IMG/VR virus record: IMGVR_UViG_3300037454_000475
Location: 32,001 to 96,000 of that record
Strand: one strand, 5' to 3'
DNA: 64,000 nucleotides
From: a virus
Lineage: Duplodnaviria; Caudoviricetes
Program-made: the position numbers and the translations under genes
Shown here: in pieces, positions 54,512-64,000 of the stretch
Numbering within the stretch: position 1 is the stretch's first letter
How the letters are laid out: the number at the start of each line of letters is the position of its first letter
Notes under the pieces: model-generated
What the model saw: only the letters and a program-made list of their open reading frames with translations
What the model was told of the DNA's origin: nothing
Databases searched by the model: none

Positions 54512-55606
54512 TTAAAATGGTAAATCCATAAATAATTGTTCCACCGGCTCCGTGTGCGAGGCGAGAACTTTATAATTATTACGAAGGTAATCAAGATCGG
54601 CCACCGTATACTCGTCCTTATGTCCATTCATCGCCAACTGGTATTTACGGGGGATTTGCTCCTTGCTAAGCCTCACGAGGGACATATTGTAATCAAACAT
54701 TTCTATTAAGTTATCCATATTATAAGGACAATCATGTAGGCGAGGAATTGAACGTAATGCGTTAAGGATCAAAACCTTATTCTTTTTGAAATCATCTATG
54801 GTTTTGATATGGAGCTCCTCCTTGATCTTATTCCATTCCTTTTGGGATACCGTATTGGTTATGGTTTTACCGGTTTTTGTTTGATGCTCCACCCGGATCA
54901 ATGCCTTGATATTATCCCCGTGGTCACCACATACGACTTTTGACATGATGATATCATCCGGATTGATATAGGTGCATTTACCAACACGTTTACATATTTC
55001 TTCGATGAATGGATCAACCGTATCGAAGTTCATGAGAATATCCATATCTGTGTTCTGCATGGATTCCGGGAGGAATATGCCGGATTTATCATTAAACCAT
55101 ATAGTCCACGCATTCGTTGCCGGGTCTTTTTGAATCAACTGCTTGAGGTCGGCATCGGTAGTCCATATAATACAATTCGTACCTACATGATTCAGGTATT
55201 TACTCCAATACCAACACCAATCATCACCCTCGATGAGTTTTTCCGTAACACATGTGATATTATTGGCTTTAAAGTTTTGACAGATGGTTTTAAGTGCATC
55301 CCACACATAATTCCATGCAACCTCCTCGTTTACAACCCTATTACCTTTGTATTCTTCGTGGATTACTGATGGTTTTGGAAGTGTACGGCGCCATGAGCCA
55401 CCATCCTGAACCATCATGATATTATCGATATGAGGCCCCCAATAACTTATGATTTTGTTAATTGATTGTGCAATAAAGTCGATCATATCATTTTTAGCCT
55501 GTTCAAGATATTCCGGTGCAAGAGATTTTGAGAAGTCACCCATTTTGACGCCAAGCCGGCTCATTAAAAGCCAGTTGCCATCAATTATAAGTGTACAATT
55601 ATTCAT
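54512..55606 (-). CDS. 5'-3' exonuclease / T4 RNase H-like (FEN/PIN fold)
   Basis: IIDGN, SWR, YKGNR, EGDD, DADL.QL and GD.GDNI motifs. Confidence 0.92.
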   Translation of the reverse strand: MNNCTLIIDGNWLLMSRLGVKMGDFSKSLAPEYLEQAKNDMIDFIAQSINKIISYWGPHIDNIMMVQDGGSWRRTLPKPSVIHEEYKGNRVVNEEVAWNYVWDALKTICQNFKANNITCVTEKLIEGDDWCWYWSKYLNHVGTNCIIWTTDADLKQLIQKDPATNAWTIWFNDKSGIFLPESMQNTDMDILMNFDTVDPFIEEICKRVGKCTYINPDDIIMSKVVCGDHGDNIKALIRVEHQTKTGKTITNTVSQKEWNKIKEELHIKTIDDFKKNKVLILNALRSIPRLHDCPYNMDNLIEMFDYNMSLVRLSKEQIPRKYQLAMNGHKDEYTVADLDYLRNNYKVLASHTEPVEQLFMDLPF

Positions 55607-55720
55607 ATCTGATTGATTTATTTTGCTTAAACGTAAATAAATATATAAAACAAGCCATAGCGTTTAACCATGGCTTGTGTTATATGCTACCTTAACCAAT
55701 TGGGAAAGATTATGTTATGG

Positions 55721-57757
55721 TCATTGTAACCATACGAAATACGGGTTGTCAATAACTGACATTACCGAACACATATATGCATGGTACGGTGTATTGTAAT
55801 TTCCACGGGCGTTATCACATATATACTTGTTCGAGCACCATCCCCAATATTTGGTGAATTTATTTTGGAAATCACAAAGTTTCTTATATTGTTCGAATGG
55901 CATAATCATCGTATTGTTGATCAATGCCATACCCGGTACCGCAAGATTATTGTTTTGGAGAAATTCGGTCACCTCTTTCCTATATCCCATGCAATTTTCG
56001 GGGTTCTCGATCACACCTATTTTTGGAATAACAGTCATGTTGAGATCAAGCGCATATCGTAGGTATTGTTTGATATTTTCCTCCGAAAAAAGCACGGATA
56101 ATGTGGCCGCATATTGTTTTTGTTCCTCGACAGATACCTTGGTTACTGCATATTCAAGGGGAACACCAATATTGATAACTATAGGATCCTGAATGTTTTT
56201 CCTTACTACATGGGGCTCACCACCCATTGCGATATTAAAATAGTTGTAATTATATGCGTGGTGTACGAGGAATGAAAAATCATATTGGGGTTCCGGGGTT
56301 ATGGATTCATCATGCTCCAGTTCATTTTTATCTATACCACATATATGTGTTTCCGTGAGGAAACAATTTGAATTATTAAGAATATTTAGACATATCTTGG
56401 CGATAACGCTGTTGATATAATCATTACCATCAAGCATAAACCAATTGAGAAACACGTCGGGATGGAAGGAATAATTCATCTTCATGCCATGTTTTTCGAG
56501 GAATATTTGTTCTTTTTCGGTCAGCGAAGGTAGGGTATCAGTGAAATAATTCAAATTTTGATTCCAAAACCAAAAAGCCCATCCATCACTACCGGGTTGG
56601 GCGTCCCCACCGGCATGGCCTCGGAGGTATTTATGGAAATAAAAATCACTGATGTTTCTTAAAAGGAAATGTTTAACATATACGCCTTGGGACATAAAAT
56701 CCTCCTCGGAAATGTATAAAAGACTTTCCTTCGTAATAGGATTATTATTGTAATCATTCTCACGGACTTCATAATTAGGGGAATCTAATTGCGAATCCAA
56801 TTCCCATGCAAAGTGCTCATTCATTTGAAGCCTATATCCCGGCTTGTATATGCTTTTACACCAGTTATGAATATATTCACAACGGCAATTTTTCCTTGTA
56901 TTAAATGGGAGTAATTTATCATTTACCTCCCATATAGGTTTGTCGGATGGTTTATCATCACCGGAGGTTGCATAACAATGCCATTGTAACAATACACCAA
57001 AGCGATCCGGGTCGGTACATTTATCTTGCAAGAACTTCTTGATATTGTTGTATTTATATGTTTCATTAAACCAAATAAATTCATCAATGTCAATAACTGC
57101 GAGCCATTTGAACGGTACCGTATAATAAAACTCATTGTACATCGCATTTTGTAAACCGGATTTATCCCTGAAGTTAACCAAACAAACCTTACCTTCATTG
57201 ATATACTCCGAAAGGATTTCATCGTAGGTCTCGTTGGGATCATCGTTATTGTCAAACAAATAAACCTTATCGAATCCTATATGGAGGTGGTAGGCCACCC
57301 AATCCTTTATGTAGTGTTTTTCTTGTTTGGCGATACCCAATACCACATACTCCTTTGATAATTTATCGTATTCCTCCAACGTATAGTTATTGGTTATGAA
57401 AAGGGGATATCCTTCGGCATGTGAAATGATGTATCCAACATTGATTATATGTTGAACTGCCAAACTACCATGATTTTTTTCGGTCAAGGTAGTATTCTCC
57501 TTGAATTTTTGTTCAAGTAGTTTGAGGAAATCATCCGGAAATTCATCCATATACACAGATACACCCTGCTGTGTCCTTGAAAAGATATCCATTATAATAT
57601 CAGCTCGTTTAACCGGATCTTGAGGTGACTCCGTAAATATGATATTTTGGTATTGAATTATGGTATCGATATTTAGCTCGTCATTATAGGCGATTTCAAT
57701 ATTACGTCCCGGGATACCATTATCCCTATACGTATTGAAAAACTCGCATATCGTCAT
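55721..57757 (-). CDS. Glycosyltransferase (GT2/GT92-like domain)
   Basis: AKQE..YIKDWVAYH..IGFD..YLFDN; WLAVIDIDEF. Confidence 0.85.
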   Translation of the reverse strand: MTICEFFNTYRDNGIPGRNIEIAYNDELNIDTIIQYQNIIFTESPQDPVKRADIIMDIFSRTQQGVSVYMDEFPDDFLKLLEQKFKENTTLTEKNHGSLAVQHIINVGYIISHAEGYPLFITNNYTLEEYDKLSKEYVVLGIAKQEKHYIKDWVAYHLHIGFDKVYLFDNNDDPNETYDEILSEYINEGKVCLVNFRDKSGLQNAMYNEFYYTVPFKWLAVIDIDEFIWFNETYKYNNIKKFLQDKCTDPDRFGVLLQWHCYATSGDDKPSDKPIWEVNDKLLPFNTRKNCRCEYIHNWCKSIYKPGYRLQMNEHFAWELDSQLDSPNYEVRENDYNNNPITKESLLYISEEDFMSQGVYVKHFLLRNISDFYFHKYLRGHAGGDAQPGSDGWAFWFWNQNLNYFTDTLPSLTEKEQIFLEKHGMKMNYSFHPDVFLNWFMLDGNDYINSVIAKICLNILNNSNCFLTETHICGIDKNELEHDESITPEPQYDFSFLVHHAYNYNYFNIAMGGEPHVVRKNIQDPIVINIGVPLEYAVTKVSVEEQKQYAATLSVLFSEENIKQYLRYALDLNMTVIPKIGVIENPENCMGYRKEVTEFLQNNNLAVPGMALINNTMIMPFEQYKKLCDFQNKFTKYWGWCSNKYICDNARGNYNTPYHAYMCSVMSVIDNPYFVWLQ

Positions 57758-57763
57758 ATTGTA

Positions 57764-59116
57764 TTAATTTAATTTTTTTGGTATGATCATGTTTTCATCG
57801 GAACCCCAAAGCGCGGGAGAAAGTTGATCCCAATATTTCTCCCAATTATCCCGTTGTGAATCCGTGGAATTATGATAACAATATTCAAAATAATCACTGA
57901 ATAGTATTTTGGATTCATAAATACATGCCTTATGGGTGTTCCACATATATTTGGATATCATCATACCACGTTGCGGCATATATAATATTGCTATATCTTT
58001 TCCTTCACCAGGGTTTCTCATCATCACATCCCACGTCCGGTTATTTACCATATTTACAAGGCGGGTATTTTTTCCTCCGTATATGGTTGTTTGAACCTGT
58101 GATTCATCAACCCATGGTTCATCCTTGAAAATACCATCAATCACATCACGTTGGTGCTGTGTAAATCCATGGAAGTTATTTACAACCCACCGACCGGCTT
58201 CCCAACGACCTATATTGGTCACCATATTGGTCAATTCAATTACTTCGTAATTTGAATTAATAAACGGTTCCATCAAGGCGTCCGTGAAATCTTTTTTAAT
58301 TTGTATACTACCATCAACCCACAAGAATACATCGGATTCTATGAATTCGAATGGATGGTATTTGACGTAAAAGGATTTCGCATAACCACTCATCCCGTCA
58401 AAAAACGAATCAACCAATTTAACTTTCCATGTTGATGATGTGAGGTTGGGGTTATCCGTGACCACAACATACTCAACATCACTCCTTGGATTTTGGACTT
58501 CACGAATTAACTCATAATTCCCAAATATGGCGGTAAGCACTGCGTATTTGTATTTGGTTGATTTACATTCATGTACATTGAGAAATGTTTTGGTTTCAAC
58601 CGGATTCATACATATACCAAGAAACCATTCAAATTCCTCATATTTCATATCAAGTGCATCCTTCACATTATAGCAGGCACTTTGGTCATCTCCTTTCCTT
58701 ATAACACCCAAACCATACGAGCAATCCCAAAGCAGGTTAAATTGGTATCCTTCACAGCATTGCCTATATTTAATGAATGACCGGATCTCCGGATTGTCAA
58801 ATTCCTTATAATATGGGAACATCCAATCAACCAATATAAAACCGGACTCACTTAATATACCAATACTTGCGTTGATGATATCGAATAGATTTTCATTTGT
58901 ACCATGGATATCTATGTATATGATATCCGGTTTCCCATCCCTTACCATCATAACGTATCGTTCAATATCATTCATGGTATGAACCTCAAGATATGATGTT
59001 AAGTCAAATTTTCTCATTAACTCATGGATTACGTCTTGGACAGGGATGCCGGGTATCCATAATTTATTAGGATCTTGGTCTCTTTTTGTGTTGAAACACA
59101 CCCTGATGTAATTCAT
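57764..59116 (-). CDS. Methyltransferase-like N-terminus + DUF616-like glycosyltransferase
   Basis: DIIYID.H...G.ILVD; TAIFGNYE, VTDN, K..P, LWVDGS. Confidence 0.72.
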   Translation of the reverse strand: MNYIRVCFNTKRDQDPNKLWIPGIPVQDVIHELMRKFDLTSYLEVHTMNDIERYVMMVRDGKPDIIYIDIHGTNENLFDIINASIGILSESGFILVDWMFPYYKEFDNPEIRSFIKYRQCCEGYQFNLLWDCSYGLGVIRKGDDQSACYNVKDALDMKYEEFEWFLGICMNPVETKTFLNVHECKSTKYKYAVLTAIFGNYELIREVQNPRSDVEYVVVTDNPNLTSSTWKVKLVDSFFDGMSGYAKSFYVKYHPFEFIESDVFLWVDGSIQIKKDFTDALMEPFINSNYEVIELTNMVTNIGRWEAGRWVVNNFHGFTQHQRDVIDGIFKDEPWVDESQVQTTIYGGKNTRLVNMVNNRTWDVMMRNPGEGKDIAILYMPQRGMMISKYMWNTHKACIYESKILFSDYFEYCYHNSTDSQRDNWEKYWDQLSPALWGSDENMIIPKKLN

Positions 59117-59209
59117 AACAATACGTTTATTTGATGTATAAAAAATATGCCAGTCCTAAACGTATTTTAGTCGTTATCCCATTATTTTTATATAAAATAA
59201 ATTTATATT

Positions 59210-61060
59210 GTGGCAAGTATATTTACACATAATGAGTCATTTGATAACATTGGAAGTAAAATGATGATATCAAATCCTGAATGGGATCAATCAGCCAATC
59301 AGGAACTCAATACATATCGTTCATACAATCCGATTGCCCTCGTGGTGGAACCTATTTTTCACAGTCCGGATGAGGATGATGTTGATTATATGCCGTTTTC
59401 CTCAAAAACTCCGGGTAAACAATTTGAAGGTCGCCATTCGTTGTTTAATGCCGTTAATGCAGTTGGTAACGACCTAAAATATCAGGTTGCATTGAATGTA
59501 CCCCTCTTGGATTGTCCGGAAGTTCGTGATGAGATCAGACGTAAATCCGATTGTTCCGTTAAGGCTCTTGTGGATGCATCCGCTCGTGGTGAAATGGGTA
59601 GGGCTGTGTATACGTATGCAGACTTTATGTTCTGTAAGCATTTAGGACGCATCTCCAACAACTATCTCATCACCCTACGTAGGTTTCCGCAACCACCGGG
59701 TGACCACATTAATTTCACCCTTGAAAACGAATATAATGAACACCTCCCTGATATTGGTAGGTTGGTCACTTGGATGGGTACCCCGGGTAATGATATGGCG
59801 AATATATTGAAGTATTCGGTTAAATTACCATATAAGGAGATGAAAGCCAATGTTCAAACGGCACAAGCCAATGCAGATAATAGTGGTGGATTCCTCGGTG
59901 GTATCATGAATCTTGGATCCAACGCATATAGGCAAGGTATGTTAAATGGATCCGCCGGTACAAGGGCGATAGATTCGATCAAAGCAGCATTGTCTCCATT
60001 TGGTGGTGCATTTGCAAACAATCTTCAAGGCCCACCGGATACGTCATGGGCATACCATAAAGACGACAATAAGGTTTGGGGCCCCGTGGATACTATCACA
60101 AAAACATACTATCGTCAAGGAGCAGAAGATGGTGGTATTGAATTTGAACAAAATATTCAGCTTGTTTTTGATTACGAACTTCGTAGTTTTAATGGCATCA
60201 ATCCACGAGCTGCTTTCCTTGATCTTCTTGGTAATATTCTTGCAGTGACGTATACGAATGCATCGTATTGGGGTGGTGCCGTACGTGGAACCGGTGCAGC
60301 CCAATCCAACGTATTTGCCAACCTTCCGATATTCCATATGAAGGAGCCGTTGACATTCGCAGGTGTTCAGGATTCAATTTTCGATACTGTGGGGCAGATT
60401 GGTGCCCACTTTAACAACGGTAACCCGATTAATAACCTTAAAGATGCCATGAATGCCATGGGTAACCTTTTGAAAGGTGCACTTACTGGTGTTACAGCCG
60501 GCTTGTTAAACTCGCTTGGCCGTCCTCAAAAGAACGCCCTTAACTCCATGTTGAATTTTGCCCCAACCGGTATGTGGCATCTTATGGTTGGTAATCCAAA
60601 ACACCCGATTATGTCAATGGGTAATATGTTCCTCGATGGATGTACAATCGAGCATTACGGCCCGCTGGGATTTGATGATTTCCCAACAGGTATTCGTGTG
60701 AATATCACACTGAAACATGGTATGCCACGAGACAACCTTAAAATCGAGCAAATGTATATGAACGGTGACTACCGCATATATCAACCACTTGGAGACCGGG
60801 TATATGAGGCTTGGGAAAATGCGGAGGAGATAAATTCAAGTAATTCAGGTGAAACAAATGATGTTTCAAGGGTTACTGATCAGGTGGATAACCAAGAAAA
60901 TGATCTTGAAACCACGGAGGTCGCGAATGCCAAGCAAACAAGTACCAGCAAACGTTTGATGAAATACTTTGGTACTGATAACAAGACCTCCATTATAATT
61001 GCCGGTGAGGAGGGATACCTTGGTTCGAATAAACCAAAAGATGTTACGGGTAAACTTTAA
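59210..61060 (+). CDS. Putative baseplate/tail structural protein
   Basis: 616 aa; C-terminal F.TG..VNITL tail-tube-like pattern. Confidence 0.6.
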   Translation: MASIFTHNESFDNIGSKMMISNPEWDQSANQELNTYRSYNPIALVVEPIFHSPDEDDVDYMPFSSKTPGKQFEGRHSLFNAVNAVGNDLKYQVALNVPLLDCPEVRDEIRRKSDCSVKALVDASARGEMGRAVYTYADFMFCKHLGRISNNYLITLRRFPQPPGDHINFTLENEYNEHLPDIGRLVTWMGTPGNDMANILKYSVKLPYKEMKANVQTAQANADNSGGFLGGIMNLGSNAYRQGMLNGSAGTRAIDSIKAALSPFGGAFANNLQGPPDTSWAYHKDDNKVWGPVDTITKTYYRQGAEDGGIEFEQNIQLVFDYELRSFNGINPRAAFLDLLGNILAVTYTNASYWGGAVRGTGAAQSNVFANLPIFHMKEPLTFAGVQDSIFDTVGQIGAHFNNGNPINNLKDAMNAMGNLLKGALTGVTAGLLNSLGRPQKNALNSMLNFAPTGMWHLMVGNPKHPIMSMGNMFLDGCTIEHYGPLGFDDFPTGIRVNITLKHGMPRDNLKIEQMYMNGDYRIYQPLGDRVYEAWENAEEINSSNSGETNDVSRVTDQVDNQENDLETTEVANAKQTSTSKRLMKYFGTDNKTSIIIAGEEGYLGSNKPKDVTGKL

Positions 61061-61114
61061 GAAAAAACACCGCAAAAAATCATATTATAAAATATAAAGA
61101 AAACTTATTTGAAC

Positions 61115-64000
61115 ATGGGAGGTAACACTAATAGCATATCCGAATGCCTTGCACAGATGGTGAATTTAACAAAGAAAAATCTCGCCATTCTTAAAGCAGT
61201 CAACGAGGCATTTTATACGAAAAGGGATCATCTCGCAGTGGTTGTTAATGATGAAACCTTCGTAATACCTTCGTTTATATCATTGGAATCCCGAATAGAA
61301 TCCCTTGAACATAATCTCGAAAACATAGTTAATGCTCCTCTTACCGGAGAAGCATTCACATATTTCGATGGTACAACCCAACGTCTCGAATTATCAGGAT
61401 ACCATACCGCTCCGGCGCATGTTGATATTCAACCAGTTACAAGATATGGTGTGGAGACAAACAATATCTTCAAAGATTTTATGAGTCCAAACCCATTCGT
61501 TAAGATTGATATGCAGTCGATTCCTAACAATATCAAACATGCAGTGGTTCGTAAGATATCAATCCACGAACTTGCCACCGGTTTACGCGATGCCATTGAG
61601 GGATTATCGGATGATGGAATGGTTGATTTCGCCGATGTCGAAAAGATACTCTATGCATATAGAGAAGGAGAGGATTACACCGTATATGATACTGTCCGCC
61701 GCTTACCAATCCGTAAAGGGGTTGCCCAAGGTGAGTATGAAATCGTTGATATCATCGATAACTACCAAGACGCCAATTTTGATGAGTTCTATGAACTTGA
61801 ATTGAATACCGATTTGGTATATTTCATCAATAACGGTACTATCCAAAAGGATATCAAGGTGGGCGACACGTTGGTTACCTATACCGACAAAGTTATGCTT
61901 GAGGTTATGGATATCAACTACGTCAAACGTACCATTGTTGTAAAAGTTACACAAGGTGCGTATGCAGATTTGCAGGATAAAACCTCCGGTAATCCTTCCC
62001 TATACAAACTCAAATATTATAAGGAGGAAACCGATATCAATAGCACAAAATACCTCAACATACCACTCGAAGAGGATCCATATGTGGTTATTTTCGTGGC
62101 CCCGGTTAATGACACAACGAATACGAGGGCTCCGTGGGGTAAGGGTATATTCATATCGACTGATAAACTCGTCATGGATGTTGATGGTGAAGATGTATCG
62201 TTCCGGGATTACTACAACAAATATGTGAATAACGTGGGTGATGCATTGATGGGTATTACCTCCATGATGGATGATGACCAACAGGTTTCCCGTCTCACCC
62301 CGGCCCAATTTGAACTGATTAAATCCATCAGGCCGGTTATTAATAAGGATATTATCGAGGTTACCCAAATCAACAGACACCTTAACGATACGAAATCCAT
62401 CAAGACGATTCGTAATTTGTATAACCAAAAATCCCAATACAAGATGGAGTTGGATACCATCCAACGCAGTATCGATCAGATCAATAAGGAGCTTTCCGAA
62501 CTTTCATTTGATGATACCAAAAACTCACGTACTGTTTACGAAACCCAACTTTCCGAATACAACCAAAAGAAGATCGAACTTGTTGACGCAATCAATAAGA
62601 TCATACAGGAGATCTCCATCAACGCCAATAACTCGGAAACACCGATAGAAAATGCAAAATACCGCATACGTGGTTTCATTCCAACCATATTGCAGGAAAT
62701 CAACGGCAGCATCCCGGATTATGTTGAGGTTATAAAGATTGATGTTGAATACCGTTATAAGAACAAATCAAGCTTTACCGGTAACGCTCAAACATTTAAC
62801 GATTATGTATTTTCGGACTGGAACAAAATGTCCTCCATATACAGGAGAAGGGTTCCAAAATACGAGAACAACATGTACAAGTATGAATGGGAGGCCGATA
62901 ACGGTGATACGAATAACCCATCATATAACCAAATTGATATCCCGATCACACAGGGTGAAATCGTTGATATCCGTGTTCGTTTCATCTATAATCTCGGATA
63001 CCCATTTGCAGAGGTTAGTTCCGATTGGAGTGCCATATACACGCAGGAATTTCCGGTTGAGTTCTCCAAGAATGTCGAGATCCTTGATATCATCGCAGAG
63101 AATAACGATGAAATCAAAACCAAACATTTTGAAAGTATCCTCGAACAAAAAGGTATCATCGACCACATTGAGGATGGTATTCAGGATCAAACGATCAAGT
63201 ATCTCCATAAAGCGGAACACATTGCCAGTGGTTTTGTCACGGCAGAACGTAGGGTGATTCCGCTTGATGCAAAACTTCATGATTTTGATGAGTCCATCGA
63301 ATATCTAAAGTCCGAGGTATTTGGTGTGGCCTCGACCAACCTCCTTGTCACCTTGAGTGATAACAATAACAACATAATGCTCAAGCCGGATATTATCAAT
63401 AAGTTCCACACCATCAGCTTCAAGGATGCTATCAGTCATTCAAATGTGGTCAATTTTGGTAGTGCCGCAAGTCCTCAAAACGCAGCTATCTCACAACTTA
63501 CATTGACGTTGTATAACAATGGGGCATATGACATGAAACTTCACAGCCTCTTCCCTGGTTCGTCAAAACAATTATTGAATCCAAATGCAGATAACACAGT
63601 ATTCCCAATAAGTGAATATGCTGCAAATGAATCCATCTATATGATGCTTGACTCTAAAGAAGGGGATAATCTTTACACAGCCCAAAGGTATAACCAATTC
63701 CTTTATTTCCGCCGCATGCTTACGGATGTCATGGGTAATCCTGCATTGTATCAATCCGGTGACATCAGTTCGATATTTGTATCGGATGACAATATTGAGG
63801 ACACCGGTGTCCCAACGAAAAAACTTCTTGGCAATGGAAATAACGTTATAGAAGTTTCCGATGATTACGCAACGATAGCCAATTTGATGAAAACCGCAAA
63901 TAACAACGGTAGATTTGCTTGTTTATACCCATACATCGGTTCAGTTGCTTCGATATGTAACGACACAGGTGATACGTTTACGGTATTGGCACCCGGTGAA
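61115..64000 (+). CDS. Large structural protein (partial, over 960 aa)
   Basis: Frame from ATG 61115 appears open to the window end; coiled-coil segment. Confidence 0.8.
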   Translation, partial: MGGNTNSISECLAQMVNLTKKNLAILKAVNEAFYTKRDHLAVVVNDETFVIPSFISLESRIESLEHNLENIVNAPLTGEAFTYFDGTTQRLELSGYHTAPAHVDIQPVTRYGVETNNIFKDFMSPNPFVKIDMQSIPNNIKHAVVRKISIHELATGLRDAIEGLSDDGMVDFADVEKILYAYREGEDYTVYDTVRRLPIRKGVAQGEYEIVDIIDNYQDANFDEFYELELNTDLVYFINNGTIQKDIKVGDTLVTYTDKVMLEVMDINYVKRTIVVKVTQGAYADLQDKTSGNPSLYKLKYYKEETDINSTKYLNIPLEEDPYVVIFVAPVNDTTNTRAPWGKGIFISTDKLVMDVDGEDVSFRDYYNKYVNNVGDALMGITSMMDDDQQVSRLTPAQFELIKSIRPVINKDIIEVTQINRHLNDTKSIKTIRNLYNQKSQYKMELDTIQRSIDQINKELSELSFDDTKNSRTVYETQLSEYNQKKIELVDAINKIIQEISINANNSETPIENAKYRIRGFIPTILQEINGSIPDYVEVIKIDVEYRYKNKSSFTGNAQTFNDYVFSDWNKMSSIYRRRVPKYENNMYKYEWEADNGDTNNPSYNQIDIPITQGEIVDIRVRFIYNLGYPFAEVSSDWSAIYTQEFPVEFSKNVEILDIIAENNDEIKTKHFESILEQKGIIDHIEDGIQDQTIKYLHKAEHIASGFVTAERRVIPLDAKLHDFDESIEYLKSEVFGVASTNLLVTLSDNNNNIMLKPDIINKFHTISFKDAISHSNVVNFGSAASPQNAAISQLTLTLYNNGAYDMKLHSLFPGSSKQLLNPNADNTVFPISEYAANESIYMMLDSKEGDNLYTAQRYNQFLYFRRMLTDVMGNPALYQSGDISSIFVSDDNIEDTGVPTKKLLGNGNNVIEVSDDYATIANLMKTANNNGRFACLYPYIGSVASICNDTGDTFTVLAPGE

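Noticed and set aside
1-64000. Stop-codon-recoded (code 15) genome
   Set aside because: Very long ORFs are intact in code 11 and no suppressor tRNA was seen.

Overview
This is a 64-kb segment of a large, T4-like (myovirus-type) phage genome. A Bacteroidales host is inferred from the Bacteroidetes-type OmpA and lipoproteins, A-rich SD-less translation starts, and a boxA that reads GTTCTTTGACAT. Long ORFs read in standard code 11. Positions ~3.1-18.9 kb form a minus-strand RNA island. By hand-folding it holds about 43 tRNAs covering all 20 amino acids, about 20 non-canonical tRNA-scaffold RNAs, a circularly permuted two-piece tmRNA, and many structured spacer RNAs up to ~500 nt. The island has two rRNA-operon-like leaders (promoter, hairpin, boxA) and a 3' trailer complementary to the leader. 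Directly upstream is the strongest candidate novel system: a 40-codon leader ORF containing all 20 amino acids, whose stop codon abuts an antiterminator/terminator pair. It looks like a pan-tRNA-sensing attenuator controlling the tRNA island. The rest of the window encodes an OmpA protein, 7-deazaguanine genes (TGT/DpdA-like, QueE, QueD), a tape-measure-like protein, T4-like gp4/gp13/gp3/baseplate proteins, about 13 proteins with T4-like capsid-targeting N-termini (including a kinase-like protein and an AAA+ ATPase), a sigma factor, a ribosomal S1-like protein, YqeY, nucleases and glycosyltransferases. All RNA structures were folded by eye and no database searches were run.
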